From: a virus
Direction: 5' to 3' (one strand)
Length of the DNA: 64,000 nucleotides
Virus record (IMG/VR): IMGVR_UViG_3300045988_117662
Location: 16,448 to 80,447 of that record
Of this stretch, positions 56,579 through 64,000 are shown piece by piece. Under the pieces are notes generated by a model. That model worked only from the letters and a program-made list of their open reading frames with translations. It had not been told where the DNA came from and did no database searches. The position numbers and the translations under genes are program-made. Position 1 is the first letter of the stretch. Each line of letters begins with the position of its first letter.

Positions 56579-57241
56579 TTAATCCCATCCTCCAGTAGTG
56601 CACAAAGATACATCTTCCTCCTCTACGTTTACACCTTTAATAGCCTGTAGAAGTTTTTTCTTTGTCTCCCGGCACATATTGTAACCATATCCTTTATACC
56701 GATATGAGCGCTCCCATGTGCTTACTGGAAAAGGAATATTTTCGTCAATGACCAGCCTCTTCATATGAAGATGTTCGAAGAATTTCTCATGATAGAGTAG
56801 TTTGTACTCGTATGCTACTATGCTTGCGGATGAGAATGGAAAATAATCATCTTCTTTTTCTTCGTATTTGGGCTCCTTATAGTAAGCCATTTTTGTCACA
56901 GTAAAATCGAAGCTCCTAAGAATCTCTTTCGGCTTTCCAAACTCTGACTCTATGAACTCTATCCATACCTTTTCTCCCTCTTTCTGGAACGCACATACCT
57001 TCTCATTTCTGTACTTAAATTTCCATCCTTCTTTCTGATGTTTTTCATCATTGAACGAATCAATAGCCTCCTGAAAATCGCTTTCACTTTCAAAGAAAAT
57101 ATCAATGTCTTTTACTCTTTCTCCGGAAAGGATATTTTTAAAACATCCACCAGCTATGAATCCTTTGTGGCCTTCCATATACTTGTCAAGCCATCTTATT
57201 TGCCAGAAATTATCTGGAGTATCTATTACAAAATTATTCAT
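56579..57241 (-). CDS. putative Pol-beta-superfamily nucleotidyltransferase
   Basis: GG-x12-DID (AGGCFKNILSGERVKDIDIFF) fits the hG[GS]x9-13DxD NTase signature. A downstream acidic FDF is a candidate third carboxylate. Confidence 0.4.
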   Translation of the reverse strand: MNNFVIDTPDNFWQIRWLDKYMEGHKGFIAGGCFKNILSGERVKDIDIFFESESDFQEAIDSFNDEKHQKEGWKFKYRNEKVCAFQKEGEKVWIEFIESEFGKPKEILRSFDFTVTKMAYYKEPKYEEKEDDYFPFSSASIVAYEYKLLYHEKFFEHLHMKRLVIDENIPFPVSTWERSYRYKGYGYNMCRETKKKLLQAIKGVNVEEEDVSLCTTGGWD

Positions 57242-57259
57242 ATTGCTTATGTTTTGCCG

Positions 57260-57514
57260 TTACCAAGCGAGATAAAAATTCCGCTTCACAATAATACAAT
57301 GAGTGTAATTACTCAGGTCGATTCCGTTGTCCGTAAATGTATCCAGGACTCGTTTTTCCACGTATTTGAGTTTTACTGTTATCCCCTTCTTAAACACTTC
57401 TATTAACTTCTCATTGCACTCAATAGGTCCAATAAGACAGTATCTATTCGAAGGACTGTCTGATATACAATATGTCTGACATCCTAACATGTTGCTTAAA
57501 ATTACTTCGTTCAT
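57260..57514 (-). CDS. hypothetical protein (84 aa)
   Basis: ORF. Confidence 0.45.
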   Translation of the reverse strand: MNEVILSNMLGCQTYCISDSPSNRYCLIGPIECNEKLIEVFKKGITVKLKYVEKRVLDTFTDNGIDLSNYTHCIIVKRNFYLAW

Positions 57515-57521
57515 AATTTCT

Positions 57522-57998
57522 CTATGATTCTAATATGGTGTCTACAAACTCCGTTATTTTATCAACGGATTCTTTTGATAAGGTATATCTTCTCCAATCC
57601 CATCTAAAATGCGCTTTTGGGAGATTTTTAGTAGAATATTTTTCATTTCCGTCCTTGTTAGTCCATTCGTAATTATCCTCTGGATCCGCCACTTTTATCC
57701 CCGATTTAGGTCCGTTACGAAAGCTATATAGCATTCTTATAACCGATTCAAAATCCGAACCTATATCAAATAGCATATGATACACCTTGTTTATTAAAGC
57801 CCTATCAGCTTGTTCCAAGTCTTCACCAAACAACTCTCTTACACTCCAATTTTTCATTTCTGAATAACGAATGAAATTAAGTTTCCCTTTTTCTATATTA
57901 GGATTTTTTCTTGATAATACAAGCTCCAAATCTTTCACAAATGATTCTTTTAGCTTCTGTTGTCCTAACAAGGCGGTGTATTTACTTACTATATCCAT
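57522..57998 (-). CDS. hypothetical protein (158 aa)
   Basis: ORF. Confidence 0.55.
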   Translation of the reverse strand: MDIVSKYTALLGQQKLKESFVKDLELVLSRKNPNIEKGKLNFIRYSEMKNWSVRELFGEDLEQADRALINKVYHMLFDIGSDFESVIRMLYSFRNGPKSGIKVADPEDNYEWTNKDGNEKYSTKNLPKAHFRWDWRRYTLSKESVDKITEFVDTILES

Positions 57999-58357
57999 TA
58001 TCCAAAGTTTTTTAATATTGCTCCAAACGAATCATATTTAACCCCTAATATATCATGTGCCTTTTGGGATCCACATTCACATTTTCCTACCTTCTGTCCT
58101 GATCCACACCCGCATAAGCCTATTCCCCAATGGTTGACACAGTGGTCGCAGCAGTAGGACTGGTGAAGTCATGTGGCATCACCAGTATCCAAATCCAATT
58201 TTTCAAATGTTTCCCAAAACATGCTATTCGAAGCACTATTATCAAATCTGATAGTGACTGCACCGCATTTACATTTTTGTATGTATTCTATTTTCATATA
58301 TGTTCCATTTTCAAAATATCTGGGGACAGATATTCTTGCAACTCCAATTTGCGTACA

Positions 58358-59152
58358 TTAAAGCGCCTCATCAGTTCCTAAAAGATGCTCGTTACCCTCA
58401 AAATGAATACAATAATCCCATAATGTTCCATTAGAACATTCGTACTTATAAGGCAATCTATTATAATCGTCCACAATTTCCCTTGCAAACAAACTGATAT
58501 TCCATTTTTTATTTCCTTCTTTTCTTACCAGCACTTTATCAAACGGCTTAAACTCATATTTCGGCTCTTCTTTAATCCCGAAGAAGCGTTTCAGATACTC
58601 TTTAGCTTTAGGTTCTTTGCTTGCCTTTAATGCGTCAACCAACTTTTGTCTTTCGGACTCAGTGGCAAATTTGTATTTTTCTATGTGATTCCCCCAAGCA
58701 CATAGACCATCTTCCATATCAAGATTACCGTCTATATCTAAAGAGGCATACAAAGATGTTAGATATTCTCCATGTGTATTTAAGATAAAGATACAATCAC
58801 CACCTTCATTACTTAATATATCTCCATCCTTAAATGTCGTATATTCTGGAACTCCAAGTTCAAGTCTGTAATTTTTAGAGCCGCATCCATTAGAAGAGAA
58901 CCAATCCGATATTATACCGTGATCAGTATGAACCACTCCCAGAATTGGATATATTCCATCTTCTTTATAATACACAAACTCTACTCTAAAATTTCTGCCG
59001 GATGTCACTATTGTTCCATTATATTCACCATTGTTGATTTTCTTCGCCAATTCCAAGTCAAATGGTATTGTTGTCATATTCTGTTTCATAATCTTATTTG
59101 TATTTATTTGGTTTTTATCCTTCTTTTTATAAGGATGAGCACTTACGCCCAT
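58358..59152 (-). CDS. hypothetical protein (264 aa)
   Basis: ORF. Confidence 0.55.
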   Translation of the reverse strand: MGVSAHPYKKKDKNQINTNKIMKQNMTTIPFDLELAKKINNGEYNGTIVTSGRNFRVEFVYYKEDGIYPILGVVHTDHGIISDWFSSNGCGSKNYRLELGVPEYTTFKDGDILSNEGGDCIFILNTHGEYLTSLYASLDIDGNLDMEDGLCAWGNHIEKYKFATESERQKLVDALKASKEPKAKEYLKRFFGIKEEPKYEFKPFDKVLVRKEGNKKWNISLFAREIVDDYNRLPYKYECSNGTLWDYCIHFEGNEHLLGTDEAL

Positions 59153-59550
59153 CCCAGTTGTTTCGCAATACTTTCCATCTCATTATATGCAATCCGGTGA
59201 CATCCGGCAGTCAGCATATCGTTTTCATATCGATTGAATGCCCATCTATGACCGGTTACATCCAATGCCAAATCGTGCTGGAACTGACCGCCATTATGGA
59301 AGACCTTAATCAATCTCCAAAGTCTTTCAGCTTCAGTTAGTTCTACTTTGATGCCCTTACTGGTTTCGATTTTTCCATTCTTAATACGCAACCATACGTT
59401 CGGCTGATCATTCTCAAACCAACAATAATAACTCAACTGGGAAATCTCGCCAGACTTCCACATTTGTATCCGTTCTTCCAATGTTTTTATAATTACCTTT
59501 CCATTCATTAAACGCTCGTTTATAGGTATCCTTGATTCCAGGCACTCCAT
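59143..59550 (-). CDS. hypothetical protein (135 aa); possibly the 3' part of a frameshifted gene
   Basis: Overlaps the next ORF by 137 nt in the +1 frame. An A5/T5 tract at 59484-59488 is a possible indel site. Confidence 0.45.
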   Translation of the reverse strand: MECLESRIPINERLMNGKVIIKTLEERIQMWKSGEISQLSYYCWFENDQPNVWLRIKNGKIETSKGIKVELTEAERLWRLIKVFHNGGQFQHDLALDVTGHRWAFNRYENDMLTAGCHRIAYNEMESIAKQLGWA

Positions 59551-59632
59551 ACTTATCAGCTATGCTGAAATCTTCCCAAAAGGTAGTCATCAGATCATAG
59601 CCTACTTCTTTCATAAATTCTTTGAATGTCAT
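59414..59632 (-). CDS. hypothetical protein (72 aa); possibly the 5' part of a frameshifted gene
   Basis: See the adjacent ORF. Confidence 0.4.
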   Translation of the reverse strand: MTFKEFMKEVGYDLMTTFWEDFSIADKYGVPGIKDTYKRAFNEWKGNYKNIGRTDTNVEVWRDFPVELLLLV

Positions 59633-59635
59633 ATC

Positions 59636-60241
59636 CTAATCATTATCGTTGTAAAAGAACTCGTCAAAATCTTGTTCCCAATCGCAACATGGGTGTTTTT
59701 GTATTGATTCAAAGAAATCAAAAACCTCTTCACATAATTCATATTCTCCATTCGTTTCCTCTACAGGAGTCACACATACACTATACGTGCAATACCCCGC
59801 CATTCCTTCTGCTATCTGACATCTGTATGGCAACGGATACGTATCACTCTTCCCTGTTATAGCTTTGTTCATCTTATATATGGTAAGACTCGTATCTACG
59901 CCATGTTTTTGTTTTATTGTTCCTTCAAACATGATGGCTTCGCATAATCCATACTGAAGAGTCAGACTTCCACCTGTATTGGTTATGCTGTCTGGATAAA
60001 TCCAATTCCATAACAGTTTATTTAGTCCCTCTAAATTTATACGCCCTACATAATTATGTTCTACGCACCCATTATCACTTTCTTCTAAAGGTATTACGTC
60101 TCTACTTGAACATTTATCTATGAAGTATTTACCCTTTTTCAAATCTGATATAGCTTCGGATGAATATGTCTTATCTGTTCCTATACCAAACTGGAAAGAT
60201 ATCAGGACTATAAAACTTAGGTTTTCTATCTTCGTTTTCAT
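59636..60241 (-). CDS. secreted/exported protein with N-terminal signal peptide (201 aa)
   Basis: MKTKIENLSFIVLISFQFGIG signal-like N-terminus with several Cys. Confidence 0.55.
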   Translation of the reverse strand: MKTKIENLSFIVLISFQFGIGTDKTYSSEAISDLKKGKYFIDKCSSRDVIPLEESDNGCVEHNYVGRINLEGLNKLLWNWIYPDSITNTGGSLTLQYGLCEAIMFEGTIKQKHGVDTSLTIYKMNKAITGKSDTYPLPYRCQIAEGMAGYCTYSVCVTPVEETNGEYELCEEVFDFFESIQKHPCCDWEQDFDEFFYNDND

Positions 60242-60255
60242 GTTAATTTATCTCT

Positions 60256-60735
60256 TTAAATATAAGTTATACTGCCAATATTAATCTGCATTATATCGTT
60301 TTCCAGCGTAATGAAATTATTTTGTTTTATGGGTCCAAACATCAATCCATATACACTTACTGTATTAAATAGCCTAACAGTGTGAAAATCTTCATTTAGC
60401 TCTACCCTGTTTTTATCCCGATATCCCAAATCGTTGATAGTCGCCGGGAATCCTCCTACGTCGTTATACTTATAGTAATCGTTTTGATTGAAAACTATTC
60501 CCTTTATTAACAAGTTCCCAATGCTTTTCATGTTGAATCCGGACAACGCGATCTGCTCTGAGATATAACTAATCAAACAGTTATGATACGTGTTTGGCTT
60601 ATCTCCTCTCTCGTTAATAATTTTCTTCCATTTCTTCGTTAATGGAACCCTAATATCCATATATGTACCAAATATGACTATGTTAGGGCATTCTCCTTCA
60701 AACTTCGTTAAATCTTCTACTCTCATAATTAACAA
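60256..60735 (-). CDS. hypothetical protein (159 aa)
   Basis: ORF. Confidence 0.55.
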   Translation of the reverse strand: MLIMRVEDLTKFEGECPNIVIFGTYMDIRVPLTKKWKKIINERGDKPNTYHNCLISYISEQIALSGFNMKSIGNLLIKGIVFNQNDYYKYNDVGGFPATINDLGYRDKNRVELNEDFHTVRLFNTVSVYGLMFGPIKQNNFITLENDIMQINIGSITYI

Positions 60736-60828
60736 ACATTTGTATTGTTTTCGTCGTTCACTATCTGACTAATATACGGTCCTGGCCACAGACAGCCAGG
60801 CCGACCTCATGGCAGGGCAGGCGCCACC

Positions 60829-61017
60829 TTACTCTGGCTGTTCTGCCCACTCTCTGTACCCTACATTAAAACCAATAGGATCATACCTTTTGATCATAGT
60901 GCCATAATTCTCTCTACCGCAATACCTGTTCTTTCCTCCAATGATCCATGCCTCATCGTCTCTATCTGGAGATATTGAGTTAAGAAACTTCTCATAATCT
61001 TTTCTACTCTTTCCCAT
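60829..61017 (-). CDS. hypothetical protein (62 aa)
   Basis: ORF. Confidence 0.4.
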   Translation of the reverse strand: MGKSRKDYEKFLNSISPDRDDEAWIIGGKNRYCGRENYGTMIKRYDPIGFNVGYREWAEQPE

Positions 61018-61363
61018 CTTTGTCTTGATTTAAACAATAGTTAATAAAATAAGCAACCTGTTCATTTTCCCCTGTATTATCATAATCACCTAAAGTCATA
61101 TCATCATAATCCAGCAGAACTATACGAAAATCGTTTTTTTTGACATACACCTCCGTTAAAAACATAGGAATCCCATTAATTTCTATTATCACCGGAAACT
61201 GATCATCAAAGTCAAACGTATTATTAGCTTCTCGCCATTCTTTAAATTTTAGCTTTATACTTCCACCGTTCTCCGCTAATGCCTCTTTGATGTACTTTAA
61301 TCTTTTTGCATTCAGATCAACCTCTGCTTTTTCTATTTCTTTGTACAATTCATTCAGATCCAT
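61004..61363 (-). CDS. hypothetical protein (119 aa)
   Basis: ORF. Confidence 0.5.
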   Translation of the reverse strand: MDLNELYKEIEKAEVDLNAKRLKYIKEALAENGGSIKLKFKEWREANNTFDFDDQFPVIIEINGIPMFLTEVYVKKNDFRIVLLDYDDMTLGDYDNTGENEQVAYFINYCLNQDKDGKE

Positions 61364-61450
61364 ATTCCACTATATTTATGTTGTCAAATTTTTCTTTTAT
61401 AACATCCAAGGCGCCACGCTCGTTTGTTACCATAACATACTTTCCTGGCT

Positions 61451-61738
61451 TCATTCCTTTATTCTACTTATTTTTAAATTGTTGTTCTTACAGTATTCCT
61501 TTATCCAACTATCCGTTAGATAACGATTAACTCTATCGTATTTCTTTTTCGGACCCTTGCTCCAGAATTTCCATTCGTTTGTAATATCGTTCCCATATTT
61601 ATCAAACCAGTAGATATAATACACTACGTTACCGTATAAATCCACTCTTTTTCTTTCCTGTATGACTACCTCGTAAGGCATCTCCCTGTCTCTTTTCTCC
61701 ATCTTTGTTCTCCTTTCTTGAATAAAAAAAAACGACAC
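61451..61738 (-). CDS. hypothetical protein (95 aa)
   Basis: ORF. Confidence 0.5.
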   Translation of the reverse strand: MSFFFIQERRTKMEKRDREMPYEVVIQERKRVDLYGNVVYYIYWFDKYGNDITNEWKFWSKGPKKKYDRVNRYLTDSWIKEYCKNNNLKISRIKE

Positions 61739-61780
61739 CTATCTTCACAGACCAGTGCCGGCAACTAACTCGCATGGAAA

Positions 61781-62191
61781 CTACTTAACCTCAACTAATT
61801 CTACAGAGCTGTAGAATTTAGTGAAGCTACCAACAAATTCTCTTATATTTTTATATTCTTCTGGTCGTTTTCTGTTACCGTCTTTTATGGAATTTACCCA
61901 CAGTCTATCCTCTATGTTCTTAATCGCATTCTCTATAGTAAATTCGTCGCTGACACACATTAAACACGAAGACCCTGTTTTCTTATGCGGTTTATACACC
62001 CTTGAAAAAGACCATATTTTTATCCTGTCGTATATATATCCGTTGTTTGGATAAACGAACCCTATTCGACTGTCGCCTTCTTTAGCATAAAACACACCTG
62101 GCTCTTTCCCGCCTTTCTTATACACAATAAATCCTTTTTCTTTTAGGATCTTAACCACTTTATCTAATTTATTTTCTACGTTCATTTTCAT
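61781..62191 (-). CDS. hypothetical protein (136 aa)
   Basis: ORF. Confidence 0.55.
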   Translation of the reverse strand: MKMNVENKLDKVVKILKEKGFIVYKKGGKEPGVFYAKEGDSRIGFVYPNNGYIYDRIKIWSFSRVYKPHKKTGSSCLMCVSDEFTIENAIKNIEDRLWVNSIKDGNRKRPEEYKNIREFVGSFTKFYSSVELVEVK

Positions 62192-62247
62192 GCAAGTATT
62201 TAAAAACGACCCTCATTATAGTTGTGAAGTTCTCTACCTCAACCCCA

Positions 62248-62631
62248 TCATTTTACCACCCTTTCTATGTGTTTAATTAATACTACTGCTATTCCCTTAC
62301 CGGTTTTTATCGCACATTCCGATCCCCTTATCCATTCTACACACCCTACATACTTTTCCGTAGCATGAAATCCGGGATTGTATTTTCCAGATGTACTGAA
62401 CTCTACCGTATCCCCTACCTTCAAATCATCAAAAGCAATAGACCATGTGGTCCAAATTCTATCATGTCTCCCAGGCTGAATGGCTCCGATTACGCCTTTT
62501 TTACGACCGTTTTTTATTGCCTTTAGTATTATACTCCTATCACCTTCAACAAGGCTGCAAAAGCGCCCGTAAAAGGTCAAATCAACCTGTTTTCCTCCTA
62601 TTCCTTCTCTTATTTTTGTTATTCTGTTCAT
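62248..62631 (-). CDS. hypothetical protein (127 aa), small beta-barrel-like
   Basis: ORF. Confidence 0.5.
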   Translation of the reverse strand: MNRITKIREGIGGKQVDLTFYGRFCSLVEGDRSIILKAIKNGRKKGVIGAIQPGRHDRIWTTWSIAFDDLKVGDTVEFSTSGKYNPGFHATEKYVGCVEWIRGSECAIKTGKGIAVVLIKHIERVVK

Positions 62632-62875
62632 TTTCTGATTTTGTTTTATTTTTTTCTTTGTTTTTTCTATCTTCTATAGAAGATGATAATAACATTATCT
62701 TTTCTATGTTACTTTTTGACTGTAAAAAAGAATCGCATTTCATTACTACTACCACCTTCTTAAGTTCCCCATTATCGTATAGCGATACACGCATCATGTT
62801 TTGCACCTCGTCCACTATCAGACCTGGAGTAGTCTTAGCCATTTTGCGTAGCTTATTATACTCCGGTCTTTCCAT
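62582..62875 (-). CDS. hypothetical protein with basic C-terminal tail (97 aa)
   Basis: ORF with a C-terminal KNKEKNKTKSENEQNNKNKRRNRRK. Confidence 0.4.
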   Translation of the reverse strand: MERPEYNKLRKMAKTTPGLIVDEVQNMMRVSLYDNGELKKVVVVMKCDSFLQSKSNIEKIMLLSSSIEDRKNKEKNKTKSENEQNNKNKRRNRRKTG

Positions 62876-63140
62876 TTCCTCTGTTTATTACTCTATAGTA
62901 TTTATCCTTATCCCCTTCTTTCAACTTCTCCAGATAGAAAATTCCATCATGTAAATGAGACAAACAAAACCTGTATCCGTATTTCTGTACTCTTCTTACA
63001 TGATCCCGCAGTCTTATCTCTTCACTTTTGTCTTGTACTTTGATTTTAATACTGTCTCCTTCTTTGATTGTGTATAAAATAGTTTGAATCTCTTCTTTTT
63101 TCATCTTATAAAATATTTTAACGGCAGCACCTATACTCAC
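62856..63140 (-). CDS. hypothetical protein (94 aa)
   Basis: ORF. Confidence 0.45.
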   Translation of the reverse strand: MSIGAAVKIFYKMKKEEIQTILYTIKEGDSIKIKVQDKSEEIRLRDHVRRVQKYGYRFCLSHLHDGIFYLEKLKEGDKDKYYRVINRGNGKTGV

Positions 63141-63594
63141 GCACCACTACTGCCTTATGTTTAACAATTAAATACTTAACTCTTCAATGGTCAAGCCTTT
63201 TTCTTTTGCCCACTTTAGCATCGCGCATAATTCTGTTTCTGACTTATATTTCGGATCACGCCACGCCCATCCGAATTTATCCAGGACATGATGATATAAT
63301 TCGTCGGCCTTTGCCGTGTAAATGTCTTTGAATAAATGCTCCGATCTTCGCAGATGGGAGCATTCTGTCTAAAGCATAAGAAAATTAATGAAAAAATTTT
63401 TCTCACTTACGCCATAGCATCTAAAATAGCTATCAGCACTATTTCTATGACAAACATAATAGAAAATATCTTAAATGCCTTTTTCATATCGCTATCTCCT
63501 CCTTTTTATTTTTTTTAGTTCCACAATAAACTGTTCCGGCTCTGCTCCGACCTACGTTCCACCTACAACCGCAGGCCTTAGCCCAAGGCGCCGC

Positions 63595-63855
63595 CTACTC
63601 CCCCTCTATGGCAGCCTGTTCGTACCTACAAAGCCAGTCTCCTTCTACACAACTAACACTACGCGATAATAAACATTTATCCTTATAACAATCATAAAAA
63701 ATACACCTATCACAACTGTAATCCTTAACGTCTACACAACTAACTACCTTAGCATATTCTATACTATCACTACCTCCTATTCCTTTCACCCCAAAAATAG
63801 AACCTTCTACCTCCTTACTCAAATCTAAGTCAGGCGCAAAGTCATATACGTTCAT
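63595..63855 (-). CDS. Cys-rich small protein (86 aa)
   Basis: Nine Cys including CDRCIFYDCYKDKC. Confidence 0.45.
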   Translation of the reverse strand: MNVYDFAPDLDLSKEVEGSIFGVKGIGGSDSIEYAKVVSCVDVKDYSCDRCIFYDCYKDKCLLSRSVSCVEGDWLCRYEQAAIEGE

Positions 63856-64000
63856 GTTGTTTATGTTTTAATTGTTATACATTCCGATTGAAAAAAAATA
63901 CTCACATAATGCAGTCCTTAACTCTTACCTACAGAATACTGTTTTAAAAACGCTGTAAGTCTTAATTTTGTTGGAAAATCCTACATTATGCTGTTTTAAA

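Noticed and set aside
1-64000. CRISPR array or other long tandem repeat arrays
   Set aside because: No regularly spaced direct repeats of 24-48 bp were seen. Only short local repeats occur, as listed in the findings.

Overview
This window looks like a 64 kb internal segment of a large, AT-rich tailed dsDNA phage, with no rRNA, tRNA or CRISPR array found. The sequence suggests a Bacteroidota host for three reasons: codon usage is A/T-rich, Shine-Dalgarno sites are weak or absent, and a TAnnTTTG -7-like box (TACCTTTG) sits upstream of the 2140-aa gene. The layout has three parts.

(1) Positions 289-15614 on the + strand hold an operon of giant, partly translationally coupled genes of 935, 1019, 2216, 164 and 751 aa. 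They carry Gly-rich hydrophobic stretches and look like virion, ejection or cargo proteins, possibly crAss-like. I could not confirm an RNA-polymerase DxDGD motif in any of them.

(2) Positions 15615-23580 form an accessory island. It opens with a 700 bp non-coding leader containing hairpins. It then carries a compositionally distinct, more GC-rich cluster of genes with GGT/GCT/AAC/CGT-biased codons: a G/N/Q/C-rich low-complexity membrane protein and an RGG/RE-rich protein. An IS200/IS605-family tnpB-only element follows on the minus strand, with a putative omega-RNA region 3' of tnpB. In this TnpB the RuvC-II motif is GHN where EDL is expected, and the zinc finger keeps only 2 of 4 Cys. Eight small + strand genes close the island.

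(3) Positions 23582-30004 encode a 2140-aa giant protein followed by a clean rho-independent terminator. Positions 30700-63900 are a dense minus-strand block of replication and accessory genes. It includes an SF2 helicase with a C-terminal DUF3820-like tail, a Cas4-like Fe-S PD-(D/E)xK nuclease and a second PD-(D/E)xK nuclease. It also carries a DnaG-like primase, a DnaB-like helicase and a MazG-like protein. There are two DNA methyltransferases: a Dam-like N6A enzyme, and a C5 enzyme split by a frameshift in an A8 tract. A flotillin (SPFH) + NfeD + acyl-carrier-protein membrane module is present. A small ABC-type ATPase is paired with an unknown gene, and a Pol-beta-type nucleotidyltransferase sits beside the Dam MTase. 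The block also holds many small Cys-rich/zinc-ribbon proteins and a small lipoprotein.

The candidates most worth a second look are the possibly nuclease-dead TnpB with its guide-RNA region, the SPFH/NfeD/ACP module, the ABC-ATPase pair, the homopolymer-split MTase and the low-complexity codon-biased island.
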